Part shown: piece after piece, positions 27,350 through 37,008 of the stretch
How the letters are laid out: each line of letters begins with the position of its first letter
Numbering within the stretch: the first letter of the stretch is position 1
DNA from: a virus
Lineage: Duplodnaviria > Caudoviricetes
DNA: 60,688 nucleotides
IMG/VR virus record: IMGVR_UViG_3300013006_000036
Coordinates: 1-60,688 of that record
Direction: 5' to 3' (one strand)
Program-made: the position numbers and the translations under genes
Notes under the pieces: generated by a model
Database searches by the model: none
Told to the model about the DNA's origin: nothing
Seen by the model: the letters and a program-made list of their open reading frames with translations, nothing else

Positions 27350-27900
27350 AATGGGATGAAAGATAGGTTGTCCCAAGGAAGGTGTATATTTTTAACAAAG
27401 CCATTGTTATTAGTTGAAACTATGTCAAACCCCAAGGTGATCCGTGTTCCTTCATATCTCTCATGTGCTACAACTTTGTGTTGGCGATAGCCTGGTCCGA
27501 AATATATCTGGCCTGCTGTGTTTTCTATTGCGTAATCTTTGAAATCGGTATAGGTATTTTTTGGATCGATGGATATATAACCGTGATAATCAAATACATG
27601 GCCGTGCCAATCTAACCGATCTAATTCTTCGTAGGTTATATAATTCACCCAGCATTGCAACCACAGTTCTGTATCTGTGCCCAACTGTTGTTTTATCACA
27701 CCCTGCAGTTCTTTGAATACTTTGTAAAACACAGTTGACGGTCCGGCTAGACTAAAAATATTATATCTGTCATACGACCATGTTGAATCAGTGCTGGGGT
27801 ACATTTTTTCAAATGTTTTATGAGCTTCGTGTGTATGTATAATAATATCTTGAATATTATTTTTAATATATTCTGATTGATAGATGATATAGTTATTCAT
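27346..27900 (-). CDS. Putative 2OG-Fe(II) oxygenase
   Basis: QCWVN, LDWHGH, HGYISID, QHKV and RITLGFD motifs. Confidence 0.75.
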   Translation of the reverse strand: MNNYIIYQSEYIKNNIQDIIIHTHEAHKTFEKMYPSTDSTWSYDRYNIFSLAGPSTVFYKVFKELQGVIKQQLGTDTELWLQCWVNYITYEELDRLDWHGHVFDYHGYISIDPKNTYTDFKDYAIENTAGQIYFGPGYRQHKVVAHERYEGTRITLGFDIVSTNNNGFVKNIHLPWDNLSFIPL

Positions 27901-28511
27901 GATGGAATTATAACATTTTCTAGATTTATGTTTATAACACTCCTACACTTGTTTACAATAGGCCAGGATGATGTGTGATAATATTTTCCTTCAAATATCA
28001 GCACTTTGCCTTTTTTTGGAGTAATTCTTCTTTTGATTGTAAAATTACCAGAAAGTGATTTGTCGATATCTGATTGGCCGCTGTTGTAGTCATCGTTGGT
28101 CTCGTTAAAAATCACAGTGTCACCGTCACTGTCATTTACATAATAAATTGCAACCCAGTGTGGCCGCCATGTATCTATATGCGGAAGATGATGTTGTAAC
28201 GAGGATCCTGCACTATTAAGAGTGAGATTGGCTCGCATACGCACAAGATTGTTAGAAATAATACATGGATGGCTCGTGATGCTTAACACCAACGGATACA
28301 TAGCTTCAAAATATGCTGAAGGCTTTCCTGCTTCAAGGAACAAATGATTAAATCCTTGATGATTATCTACTCGCTGTAAAAATTCTTTATCAGGACTGAC
28401 TAAATTTGGATTGTAATACCAAGGGAAATTTGATCCTAACATGATTTTTTCGATGTGATTTTGATAATCTATAGGAATTATATTTTCAATTTCAAATATG
28501 TTATCGTTCAT
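27897..28511 (-). CDS. 2OG-Fe(II) oxygenase
   Basis: FPWYY, PHID, IYYVNDSDGDT, PKKG...IFEG.YYH.S and RSVININ motifs. Confidence 0.87.
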   Translation of the reverse strand: MNDNIFEIENIIPIDYQNHIEKIMLGSNFPWYYNPNLVSPDKEFLQRVDNHQGFNHLFLEAGKPSAYFEAMYPLVLSITSHPCIISNNLVRMRANLTLNSAGSSLQHHLPHIDTWRPHWVAIYYVNDSDGDTVIFNETNDDYNSGQSDIDKSLSGNFTIKRRITPKKGKVLIFEGKYYHTSSWPIVNKCRSVININLENVIIPS

Positions 28512-29026
28512 ATCGCTGTTCCAAAAAAAGTTATTGTAAGTCTGCTGCTTTCTAAATCGTTACCAAACGTTCCTGCAGGGGCATGCCACACTGCCGGATC
28601 AAAAATAATCATTCTGTTATAGGCATTTTCTACTGTTATTGTTTCTACTAGCTCACCGCTAGTTGTTTTATTAAAAAATACAGTGCCGGAGTTTGCTGGG
28701 GCACGCTCATTTAAATAAATTATTCCTGCTACATTATAAAAAGGTTCGTCCTGATGTGCATTCTTTTTGAATTCATTTAACTCAGTGTAAGCAAATTGTA
28801 TTTTTAATCTTTGAAAATTAGTTTTTTTGTTGACATGTAGCACTATTTTTTCTGCTAGTGAATGAAACATACCGTCATTTAACTCATCTAGAGTCTTGGT
28901 TTTTTTACCAGGATACCCCGAATAATCTTTTAGATATTCCTGTTGTAATGCAAAGATTCGCCACATCCCAGGTAATTCTAAAAAATTATCAACAATTTTA
29001 AAATGTTGTTTAATGTTAGGTAGCAT
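28508..29026 (-). CDS. 2OG-Fe(II) oxygenase-like protein (DUF6445-like)
   Basis: VDNF..P, YPG, HQD, AGIIYLN, SGT, YNR.IIFD...WH and RLT..FF motifs. Confidence 0.8.
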   Translation of the reverse strand: MLPNIKQHFKIVDNFLELPGMWRIFALQQEYLKDYSGYPGKKTKTLDELNDGMFHSLAEKIVLHVNKKTNFQRLKIQFAYTELNEFKKNAHQDEPFYNVAGIIYLNERAPANSGTVFFNKTTSGELVETITVENAYNRMIIFDPAVWHAPAGTFGNDLESSRLTITFFGTAI

Positions 29027-29728
29027 TTATCTCACCTTGAAAAAGAATACATTAGTTAGTCTAGTATCTTCTTTGCAAGTTCCAAAAAAATTATCTGCGC
29101 TATGCCAATTTCTAGTATCAAAAATAATACATCTATTATATACATTTCCTATTCGTATAGTAGGACTAAAATGCGATCGTTGCTCTAGTCGATATTTTGC
29201 AAATTTACTTCTTTCTTCTTCAGCGGAAAATACATCTTCCATAAAAATTTTGGAATACTTGTCTCCGTTGAAGTCTATATTATCTGCATATAATGTAGTA
29301 CCCGACTCTACTGGTGCATTTGGTGACAGGTAGATCAGACCTGCGACATGCAATTTTGGATCGTCATCATGCACCCATCCAGTTCCCCAGGTCTTATCAA
29401 TTAACTGAAATCCAGTCTGCATGTCATACATTTCATTGACACCATACTCTTTGATTGCTTGGAAAATTTTTCTAATCAACAAGTTGTATAATTCTAAGTT
29501 AGAGTTGTGTAATAATTCACTCCGTAGTCCTGGCCAAGTTCCTCGTTCGCCTTTAAAAAACTCTTGGTTCAACGCCCATGATCTGACTAAATCTGGCGCT
29601 TCAAAAAAATTATCTAATATAATAGTTGGAAAGTAAGGATGCAAGTCTCTATTTTTTAAGTCAAGACGGTTGATCATCATGCGACTGTTGACTTCTTCTT
29701 GCAGATATTTTTCTACAATACTTTTCAT
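29027..29728 (-). CDS. 2OG-Fe(II) oxygenase-like protein (DUF6445-like)
   Basis: LDNFF..PD.VR, WPGLRS, GWVHDD, AGLIYL, YNRCIIFD...WHS and RLT.VFF motifs. Confidence 0.82.
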   Translation of the reverse strand: MKSIVEKYLQEEVNSRMMINRLDLKNRDLHPYFPTIILDNFFEAPDLVRSWALNQEFFKGERGTWPGLRSELLHNSNLELYNLLIRKIFQAIKEYGVNEMYDMQTGFQLIDKTWGTGWVHDDDPKLHVAGLIYLSPNAPVESGTTLYADNIDFNGDKYSKIFMEDVFSAEEERSKFAKYRLEQRSHFSPTIRIGNVYNRCIIFDTRNWHSADNFFGTCKEDTRLTNVFFFKVR

Positions 29729-30300
29729 TTGATGTTAGCTGAAAAATTTATAGTACACACTAGTCGTTTATTAAAAACTTTTGGGCAGGTGCTTGCATGA
29801 TAATGAAGTCCGTCGAATACTACAACTTTACCTTTTTTCGGTTCTGCTTTATGCAGCGGATAATACTTTTCGGCTTTTGCAGTTTCTCTAAAAATTACTG
29901 TTGATCCGTCACACTCATTTAGATAGTAGACTGCGGTCCAGTGCGGGGTTTCCATATCTCTATGAACTGCATTATGCTGATACGGACTTCCTGCAAATGC
30001 ATATTTGGTGTTAAGTAGAAAACCCAATCTTATTCTATGAACGATAGTCAATTCCATGTTTGCTTGATCTACTATGGCATTAACTAAGGGTTTGAAGAAA
30101 TCAGCATAGGGATTTTGTGAGTTCCCAGGGTGATAGATTAAATTTCCAAATGCGGGAGTAGATGATGTTTTTTCGGTGACTTTTACGTTAGTTGTATCTT
30201 CCATAAAGTGCCAAGGAAATTCTATATCTGTGACTAGATTATAAATTTTATCTTGATATTCTTGATCTATAACATTGTTAATTTCTAAAGGTTTAAACAT
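29725..30300 (-). CDS. 2OG-Fe(II) oxygenase
   Basis: FPWHF, HRD, VYYLNECDGST, PKKG.VVVFDG..YHAS and RLVCTINF motifs; paralog of 27897..28511. Confidence 0.87.
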   Translation of the reverse strand: MFKPLEINNVIDQEYQDKIYNLVTDIEFPWHFMEDTTNVKVTEKTSSTPAFGNLIYHPGNSQNPYADFFKPLVNAIVDQANMELTIVHRIRLGFLLNTKYAFAGSPYQHNAVHRDMETPHWTAVYYLNECDGSTVIFRETAKAEKYYPLHKAEPKKGKVVVFDGLHYHASTCPKVFNKRLVCTINFSANIK

Positions 30301-30327
30301 TATTTTTCCAACTTACAAACTTACTTA

Positions 30328-30987
30328 TTACAGTATGTGACAACGACTACGATATATTGGTGTGTTGATCGTGCTTATATCATTTACAAAAAAAACTAAG
30401 GTAAGTCTTTCTTGATCATTTTCTCCGTGATAGTCTTGAGCAGAATGTATGATGTGAGAATCAAAAGTTACCATCCTATTATATTTTGCATTTATAATCA
30501 CGCTGTCATTGAATTCATTATTATTACGCTGTCTAGATAACTCAACATCTTCCTCGGATACTAAATTTTTATAAAAATTTGTTTTGTCTGTCTGCTTATC
30601 GTTTAATCTTGAATTAGACCAAAGAGATCGTTTATCTAGTAACACTGTTCCACTATTTGGTGCGGGGATTGGATTTAAGTATACAATTCCGGTAATTGTT
30701 ACTCCGATGTCGTTGTGTGCCCAACCTTTACCGTATTGTTTTCCAATCTTTTGAAATCGTGCATCAACAGTCCACCCCAGTTTCTCAACAGCAAAAAATA
30801 AAGAAAAATATTTTCTTGCAAAAATGTCAAAAATATCATTGTCTATTAAATGTAGTGATTTGGTTCTAGTCCCAGGCCAATGTCCGGTAGGGTCTGGTAA
30901 AAATTCTTGAGCTAGTGCAAACTCCCGCACAGCGTCGGGATCATCAAAAAAATTATCTACAACTGTTAGAGGAATTACATGCATCAT
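30328..30987 (-). CDS. 2OG-Fe(II) oxygenase-like protein (DUF6445-like)
   Basis: VDNFFDDPD.VR, WPGTRT, GWAHND, GIVYLN, YNR.V.FDS..IHS and RLTLVFF motifs. Confidence 0.82.
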   Translation of the reverse strand: MMHVIPLTVVDNFFDDPDAVREFALAQEFLPDPTGHWPGTRTKSLHLIDNDIFDIFARKYFSLFFAVEKLGWTVDARFQKIGKQYGKGWAHNDIGVTITGIVYLNPIPAPNSGTVLLDKRSLWSNSRLNDKQTDKTNFYKNLVSEEDVELSRQRNNNEFNDSVIINAKYNRMVTFDSHIIHSAQDYHGENDQERLTLVFFVNDISTINTPIYRSRCHIL

Positions 30988-31718
30988 TGTTTCCCTATAC
31001 TATACCAATTTCTATCTGAACTCTTAGTTGGCAAATCGCTGGGGTATTTGGTCCAACATGGTATGCTTAGGCTTATTCTTTTCGAATCAGGATAAGCAAC
31101 ATGGTAGCATCTCGAAGGAATGTATAGTGCATCTCCGGGTTCTAGTTCAACATCTATTGCTGCTTGCAAATCACTTTCATTGATTTTTTTATCGTATCGT
31201 TGATTATTCAACGTTCCAATTTGATATAGACTAGAAATTCTGTTGTGGAACACTTTCCACCTGGTTTTTCCTTCAACCTGTACAATAAAATTCACAGGAT
31301 AATCGTCGTGGATGGGAAACGAATTAGATCCCTCTAAACCACAATACACATGTAAGGCAGCATTTACATCAAATAATTTTTCAAATATTTGCACTAACTT
31401 ATTGGTTGTTTCGCTATACGAAGCGTAATTCATTATTACTAATCCGTGACCGCGCCTAACTTTGTCAAATAGAAACCCTTTATCTTGAACTTGGTGATCC
31501 CATACCCATGTTTTGTTGGCTTGGGGTATATCGATCTTCATGTTAGAATCTTTATCAATTAATTCAAAATTAAAAATTTCTGGACGATTCAGGCAGCTTT
31601 CAATATCAGTCCACGAGGCAATAGCAGCAACATCTAAAATAAATTTTTTAAAAAAATGAGGAGTATCGTTTTTTAATAAATCAGTTTCACTTAATATTTT
31701 TTGCCCAATAAAGTCCAT
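30984..31718 (-). CDS. JmjC/cupin-4 (ROX/YcfD-like) hydroxylase
   Basis: SFPIHDD..NFIVQVEG.TRW.V and LEPGDALYIP...YH motifs, typical of ribosomal-oxygenase-type JmjC proteins. Confidence 0.85.
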   Translation of the reverse strand: MDFIGQKILSETDLLKNDTPHFFKKFILDVAAIASWTDIESCLNRPEIFNFELIDKDSNMKIDIPQANKTWVWDHQVQDKGFLFDKVRRGHGLVIMNYASYSETTNKLVQIFEKLFDVNAALHVYCGLEGSNSFPIHDDYPVNFIVQVEGKTRWKVFHNRISSLYQIGTLNNQRYDKKINESDLQAAIDVELEPGDALYIPSRCYHVAYPDSKRISLSIPCWTKYPSDLPTKSSDRNWYSIGKQ

Positions 31719-32316
31719 CTATTTTCCTCATAAGTTTTACATTAAATGAAATAGAAATTCTATCATTTTTTGTTCCATTTCTCTCAACACCGTGTGGTAA
31801 ATATCCAGGAAAAATGATTAATTTTCCCACCTTTGGCTGAAACGATATAGCCGATGCACTGATTGGAGTATAATTATTAACTCTAGCTTGCGATGCTACT
31901 ATATAGTCCTGCGAATAACATTTATACAGATTAATTGGTCCCTGTCCCGGTTCGGCTTTTACATAAAAAACTCCAGATATAAATGCATTATCGTGTATAT
32001 GGACAGAGTTGGTATGATGTTCTCCGTTGATGTTTACCCACATATTTCCAATGCTTAGAATACACTCGTCCTCGTCGTATCCGTAATCTCGAACACAATT
32101 TACTGCCTGATTTAATATTTTTTTATGTAGATCTGCTAGTTCTGGATATTGATCCGGATAAAAGTCTTGTGATTGCCACCCGCCTTGATTACTGAATGTT
32201 CTGCCCTTAGGGTCTTTGTTGTGCAGATCATAACATAGTTTTAATATTGGCTCAATTGCAATGTCATCAGTGTCTTCCCACCAAATAGGCGTAGGAAAAT
32301 ATAATTCGTATCTCAT
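31687..32316 (-). CDS. Putative 2OG-Fe(II) oxygenase (TIGR02466-like)
   Basis: FPTPIW, SNQGGWQS, WVNIN, HIH...ISGVFYV, IFP.YLPH.V and DRISISFN motifs. Confidence 0.9.
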   Translation of the reverse strand: MRYELYFPTPIWWEDTDDIAIEPILKLCYDLHNKDPKGRTFSNQGGWQSQDFYPDQYPELADLHKKILNQAVNCVRDYGYDEDECILSIGNMWVNINGEHHTNSVHIHDNAFISGVFYVKAEPGQGPINLYKCYSQDYIVASQARVNNYTPISASAISFQPKVGKLIIFPGYLPHGVERNGTKNDRISISFNVKLMRKIDGLYWAKNIK

Positions 32317-33116
32317 ATTCTAAAATAATCCCTTAAATTTAAATTGTTACTTATTAAATGAGAAAAGGCAAATGTATGACTCCATCTAAAATCAACATTT
32401 GGTGAAATAAAAGGAGTATGGCATGTGTTGGCTTGATACATAGATAATGTTTTTTCTTTGGTAGGAACACTTCCTAGATACTCAAACCCCCATCTAGATA
32501 ATTCGCTGTCTGGAGTGTTAAACCATCCTATATTTTTTGTAGGGATTTCTGACATAGCCCGCCATTCTTCATGCATCTTGTGCTTTGTATTAATTTGAAA
32601 GTCGTATATTAAATCTTTTACCTCTCCGTGATACTTATAGATTTTTGTGCAACTGTCTTGCAGTTCGTGATTCGTAAACCATAAATTAGCCACCATTCCA
32701 TGCTCATAATCCATATGAGGAATTCGCCAGCAACTAATAGGGTTAATGGAAGATTTGAAATATACATTGCCCCATTCGTGTACTTGCGGTTCATATACTG
32801 GAGTATCGATCTGTTGTAAATAAAAATTTCTTACCAATAGACAAAGATCTTTGTGAACCCATTCCGGAACATGCACCGTATCAAATGGATTGGGTTGGAT
32901 GGAGCTAGACAAACTATTGCTTTTTTGGATAGGAAAACAATTTATGACATTTTTAAATAATTCAAACCCGTCATTAAGAAACGGATCGTCAACGACCCAA
33001 TAGCCGATGTTATATCCTAGATCTACAAATTCAAATTTCCAGTCCGTTAACGGTTTATATTTTATAATTTGATTAAAACTATTAGCGTCTGGATCACATC
33101 TTTTAAAATTTATCAT
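32313..33116 (-). CDS. Divergent 2OG-Fe(II) oxygenase-like protein
   Basis: RIPHMD (HxD), NLWF, distal MY.A...H.P and RWS motifs, plus island context. Confidence 0.65.
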   Translation of the reverse strand: MINFKRCDPDANSFNQIIKYKPLTDWKFEFVDLGYNIGYWVVDDPFLNDGFELFKNVINCFPIQKSNSLSSSIQPNPFDTVHVPEWVHKDLCLLVRNFYLQQIDTPVYEPQVHEWGNVYFKSSINPISCWRIPHMDYEHGMVANLWFTNHELQDSCTKIYKYHGEVKDLIYDFQINTKHKMHEEWRAMSEIPTKNIGWFNTPDSELSRWGFEYLGSVPTKEKTLSMYQANTCHTPFISPNVDFRWSHTFAFSHLISNNLNLRDYFRI

Positions 33117-33721
33117 TGTATGTTGAACGTTATCACGTATCTATCTTCTGAGCTTAAATTAGGTTGCACATAATGTTTTAAATATCCAGGGAAAATTAAT
33201 ACATCATTTGTAGTTACAGAAACTTCTTGGTAAAGATGTTGTTCGGGAAAGATAGGCCAAGCCGATTTATGATATTCTAGAGGATCTTTAAAAACAATGT
33301 TTCCTGAATTAGATGGACAATTTAGATATGCTGAAACTACGAAAGTAGAATTATTGTGGTTGTGCTCAATAGTTTCTCCTAGCTCTTTGTGAAGGTTGAT
33401 CCATGAGTTAGTAATTCTATAATCTGCAGATTGAAAGTTTAGATCTCTAGCTATTCCAAGAATAATTATATCAAGCCAATCAATAAAATGCTGAAATTCA
33501 GGCCAATGATGCGGTTGCATATCTTTGTCACAACCAACTGTTGACCACGCAGCATTTTTTTCTAATAGACTATTTGTTTTTATTTGCGAAAACAAATAAT
33601 TTACTTTAGTTTTAAGCAAATTCCAATCAAACGAATATTGATATTTCCATAAGACTGGTTGAAATAAATTTATCGAGCCGTAGGATGATTGATCAGGCGG
33701 TTGATGCATCGCATAATTCAA
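33113..33721 (-). CDS. Putative 2OG-Fe(II) oxygenase (TIGR02466-like)
   Basis: SWIN, HNH, SGNIVFKDP, IFPGYLKH.V and DRYVITFN motifs. The start may be 33709. Confidence 0.87.
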   Translation of the reverse strand: MNYAMHQPPDQSSYGSINLFQPVLWKYQYSFDWNLLKTKVNYLFSQIKTNSLLEKNAAWSTVGCDKDMQPHHWPEFQHFIDWLDIIILGIARDLNFQSADYRITNSWINLHKELGETIEHNHNNSTFVVSAYLNCPSNSGNIVFKDPLEYHKSAWPIFPEQHLYQEVSVTTNDVLIFPGYLKHYVQPNLSSEDRYVITFNIQ

Positions 33722-33932
33722 CTGCTAGTTGCAATCCCATCAAACAGCCTTCCATTTTTAACACATCGCTGGACAGTTCTTGTCTTTTAGAAAAATCAAT
33801 GGCAGTAATTCCATAAGGGTTCAGTTTAACATTGGCGAAATCTACTTCTAGATCTTGCAATTCTTTTTGGAATCTTGCGTGTTCGATTTCAACCGCAGCA
33901 ATTTTATCCAGTAATGATTGTTTTAGTGACAT
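33693..33932 (-). CDS. Small hypothetical coiled-coil protein (79 aa)
   Basis: ORF with AAGGA SD inside the operon; heptad-like Leu pattern. Confidence 0.68.
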   Translation of the reverse strand: MSLKQSLLDKIAAVEIEHARFQKELQDLEVDFANVKLNPYGITAIDFSKRQELSSDVLKMEGCLMGLQLAVELCDASTA

Positions 33933-33935
33933 AAT

Positions 33936-34748
33936 TTATTTCCTTTTTGTGTAATTTTTTAAAATCTTAGACAGTCTATTTAATCTTGCAGATAAAGAAT
34001 CGGTCTTCATTATGGCACAGTTAGATGCATATACCCATGCTCTTTCTCTCACCCAGTCTTTGCTGTCGGCTTCATCAATAATTGTCTCGTATGTTCCTGC
34101 AGACAGATATTCACGTTTCATGGGAATAATATGGCACAGCGGTGTTCCAGCTTTTACTAGTGTTTCACCATGACGTTTTTTCCAAAACAGCTGAATATTT
34201 AAGTTGTACCCGTATCTACTATCTAAGATTCCTGTGGCTGAAAAAAATCTGTCTTCGTTGTTATAATGCACTGGCATCATTATAAAAACTATATCATCAG
34301 ATGCTTCTACACGCCACGGCGTTTCTATTTTTACAATAGAACTCAAGACTTCTGAGGGATCGTCTAACAAGCACGTGGTTTGATTAGGGCCATGTACTGC
34401 TGAAACATATCGTGCTACATCAGGCGGATATTCGGGTCCGGTTTTGAATCTCCACGGCTCTCTCCAGTCATATGAAATTCCTAACTCATCTACTTTGATT
34501 ATAAAATCAGCTGGTGCAGGCAATATCCAGCCTGTTGAAGTAAGTTTGAGGATCCCCGGACAATTTTTAGTCGACATCACATTAGGATCTTCTGGCCAGG
34601 CTCGATATTTTCGATTCAACTGTTTAGATGGATATATAGGAAATAGTGTTGTAACTCCTGGTTCCATAGAGTAGAATCTTACCCAAGGCTTCTTTTTCCA
34701 GATTTTTCCAAATAATTTCTTACACAGAATGCTCATCAACACCGCCAT
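33936..34748 (-). CDS. Hypothetical protein, DUF6065-like (dUTPase-like beta-clip fold)
   Basis: K.CPG...TGWILPAP.D, K..TPW, GILDS and GTPL..IIP motifs; a family I associate with phage oxygenase clusters. The start may be 34736. Confidence 0.6.
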   Translation of the reverse strand: MAVLMSILCKKLFGKIWKKKPWVRFYSMEPGVTTLFPIYPSKQLNRKYRAWPEDPNVMSTKNCPGILKLTSTGWILPAPADFIIKVDELGISYDWREPWRFKTGPEYPPDVARYVSAVHGPNQTTCLLDDPSEVLSSIVKIETPWRVEASDDIVFIMMPVHYNNEDRFFSATGILDSRYGYNLNIQLFWKKRHGETLVKAGTPLCHIIPMKREYLSAGTYETIIDEADSKDWVRERAWVYASNCAIMKTDSLSARLNRLSKILKNYTKRK

Positions 34749-36327
34749 ATATATTTTGTTTTAAAAATTCGTAGTGTGACGGACAATTTTTAACATATTC
34801 TATTACATAGTCTTTGTATTGTTCATAGTTGCGCCTTGTTACGTTTAATTCTTGAGTCTTTAGACCAGTCCAATCTTTGTAGTACACTAATGATTTAAGA
34901 GATTCAGGCCTAATACCTTGTCCTGCTGCAATATACATAGCGCCTTGCATATCAGGGGGATATATTTGATTACTTGTAACGTTTCCTATCAAATTAGAAA
35001 AGCCTCCGTTGGTGGTCATAAAATCATTCATCATGTCCGGAGAATATTCATTTATTTGTGTACACCAACGCCAGTATGGAGTATCTGTTCTCATGCTAAA
35101 CGCATAGTGCATAGCAACAAAATCTTTAAATATTGTAACTTCTCTATCAACGGTTAAATTAAATCCGTCTTTTTCGATTCTAGAAACATAACCATTTCTT
35201 CGATTTAAAATTTCTACCAGCTTTAAAATATTTTCATGTGTGGTAAGCAGTCCTGTAGATTCCAATGGTTCGACAAATCCATAACTTAACCCGATACCTA
35301 CTACGTTTCCTACCCAGGCTCGACGGCGCTTGCCATGTGAAATATTTACAGGAAACATTTCTGCTTGTTCTGCAATTTCAGGACTGTGTTTTATAGCCAA
35401 GTGAGCGCGGAATTCTTTTTGCGCATCTGCCGGGGTTACGAATCTTGTTGAAAATACATAACCTGTGCCAATTCTATTCCACAGCGGAATATTCCACACC
35501 CAACCATTGTCCAATGCATGACAGTCAGTGACATTGTGCATTTCGCGTTCTCTATCAATGTATGGTAAACGACATGCCCAAGCCATGTCGTTAGCAAGAC
35601 TGTCTTTAAATGGCACAAACTGTGAGCCCATCCAGTTTTCTAACAAAATAGATTTAAAGCCAGTACAGTCTATCCACAAATCTGATTGAAGCTCATGACC
35701 ATTTTCAGTAAATATCTGAACGATATTTCCTAATTTATCTTTTTTATAACTGTGTACATCACCGTGTAAATGTTTAACACCATTGGGTAATGCTATTTTA
35801 TCTCGCAAATAGTTTCCAAATAGTGCAGCATCCATGTGATATGCAGTATCGTATTTGAAATTGAAATTTCTCAATACTCCTTGCTCATTCTTTGATTGTT
35901 TGTTATATTTGGCCAACATGGTATTTCCTGTGCAGAAAAATTCTGCAAAAGACTCGGGTCCAAATTCATCGGGAAATACTGCTGCAAGATCGCCCCAAGA
36001 AGCTAGTCCATTAGGTTTATCTGTGAGATCAAATCCGGGAGCAAACGGATACTCAAATGATTCGCCTTTGCCTTCTCTAAAATTAGTGAATCGAATGGAG
36101 TTTTTGTATGTGGCATTACACGCTGCCATCCAATCCTCATCTTTTAAATCTAACATGTGTAAAAACTTATTAATATGTCCTAGCGTACTTTCGCCAACGC
36201 CCACAGTTTTTATTTTTTGAGATTCGATGAGTGTGATTTTTAAGAATGGGCATAATTTCGATAGGGCAGCAGCGGTCATCCACCCAGAGCTTCCGCCGCC
36301 GACAATTGTAACTGTTTTAACGTTCAT
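34720..36327 (-). CDS. Flavin-dependent tryptophan-halogenase-like protein 4
   Basis: GGGSSGWM.A, GVGEST, ATYKNSIRF, AYHMDA, canonical WVWNIP, R.GTGYV and FVEPLESTG. Confidence 0.93.
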   Translation of the reverse strand: MNVKTVTIVGGGSSGWMTAAALSKLCPFLKITLIESQKIKTVGVGESTLGHINKFLHMLDLKDEDWMAACNATYKNSIRFTNFREGKGESFEYPFAPGFDLTDKPNGLASWGDLAAVFPDEFGPESFAEFFCTGNTMLAKYNKQSKNEQGVLRNFNFKYDTAYHMDAALFGNYLRDKIALPNGVKHLHGDVHSYKKDKLGNIVQIFTENGHELQSDLWIDCTGFKSILLENWMGSQFVPFKDSLANDMAWACRLPYIDREREMHNVTDCHALDNGWVWNIPLWNRIGTGYVFSTRFVTPADAQKEFRAHLAIKHSPEIAEQAEMFPVNISHGKRRRAWVGNVVGIGLSYGFVEPLESTGLLTTHENILKLVEILNRRNGYVSRIEKDGFNLTVDREVTIFKDFVAMHYAFSMRTDTPYWRWCTQINEYSPDMMNDFMTTNGGFSNLIGNVTSNQIYPPDMQGAMYIAAGQGIRPESLKSLVYYKDWTGLKTQELNVTRRNYEQYKDYVIEYVKNCPSHYEFLKQNIYGGVDEHSV

Positions 36328-36347
36328 TGTGTATTCCTTGTGTGAGT

Positions 36348-36355
36348 TATTTATA
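36348..36355 (-). promoter_or_regulatory. T4-type late promoter TATAAATA heading the halogenase-4/oxygenase operon
   Basis: Exact T4 gp55 consensus 20 nt upstream of the ATG at 36327, with an AAGGA SD between them. Confidence 0.8.
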
Positions 36356-36400
36356 GATGTAAAAGTAATGGATCCGCTATTGTGGTAACGACTGCTGAAC

Positions 36401-36991
36401 CTATTCGCTTAAATTAAAAGCAAGACTGATTCTTGGTTCGGCGTTATTATGAGGAAGTACCGCGTGTCGTAGATTGCTGCGAAAAACTACAAGCTGTCCT
36501 TCAATTGGCACATACACTGCTGCGGTGCTATTTAATTCTGTTTCTTGACTGGTTTTTATTGGACGCATATCAGACATAGCAAGACTGTTTTCAAAAATTA
36601 ATTTACCACTGTTAGGTGGGATCGATATGAAATACACCGCACTGAAATCAAGCCTCGGATGTATGTGCGGTTCTTGAAAATCACCTTTTTGATAAATGTT
36701 AGCCCAACATTGCTTAATTTTGTAGGATGATGTGCTGTTGTAATGTTTTGAAAATTCAGTGACTTGATCAACAACCCAATTAGAAAACGTATCTACCTCC
36801 AGACTAGAGCTTGCCAACGGATTTATTGGGCCTAGTTTATGTTGTTTGGTCCAAAAAGGCCAACCATCAATTTGCTTTCCCTCTGTGGCTGGCAGAGAAC
36901 TAGGTAACATTTTCAATAATTCTTTTTTTAAATCAGCATGCTTGGAATATATTGAGTGATATATTCCAGTCGGAAACCAATAATTTATCAT
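36401..36991 (-). CDS. Putative 2OG-Fe(II) oxygenase (TIGR02466-like)
   Basis: FPT.IY, WANIY, QEPHIH...FSAVY, FRSNLRH.V and RISLAFN motifs. ATG at 36991 lies 4 nt after TAAATA; the track start 37018 falls inside a terminator. Confidence 0.87.
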   Translation of the reverse strand: MINYWFPTGIYHSIYSKHADLKKELLKMLPSSLPATEGKQIDGWPFWTKQHKLGPINPLASSSLEVDTFSNWVVDQVTEFSKHYNSTSSYKIKQCWANIYQKGDFQEPHIHPRLDFSAVYFISIPPNSGKLIFENSLAMSDMRPIKTSQETELNSTAAVYVPIEGQLVVFRSNLRHAVLPHNNAEPRISLAFNLSE

Positions 36992-37008
36992 GCAGTATTT
37001 ATTGAGAC

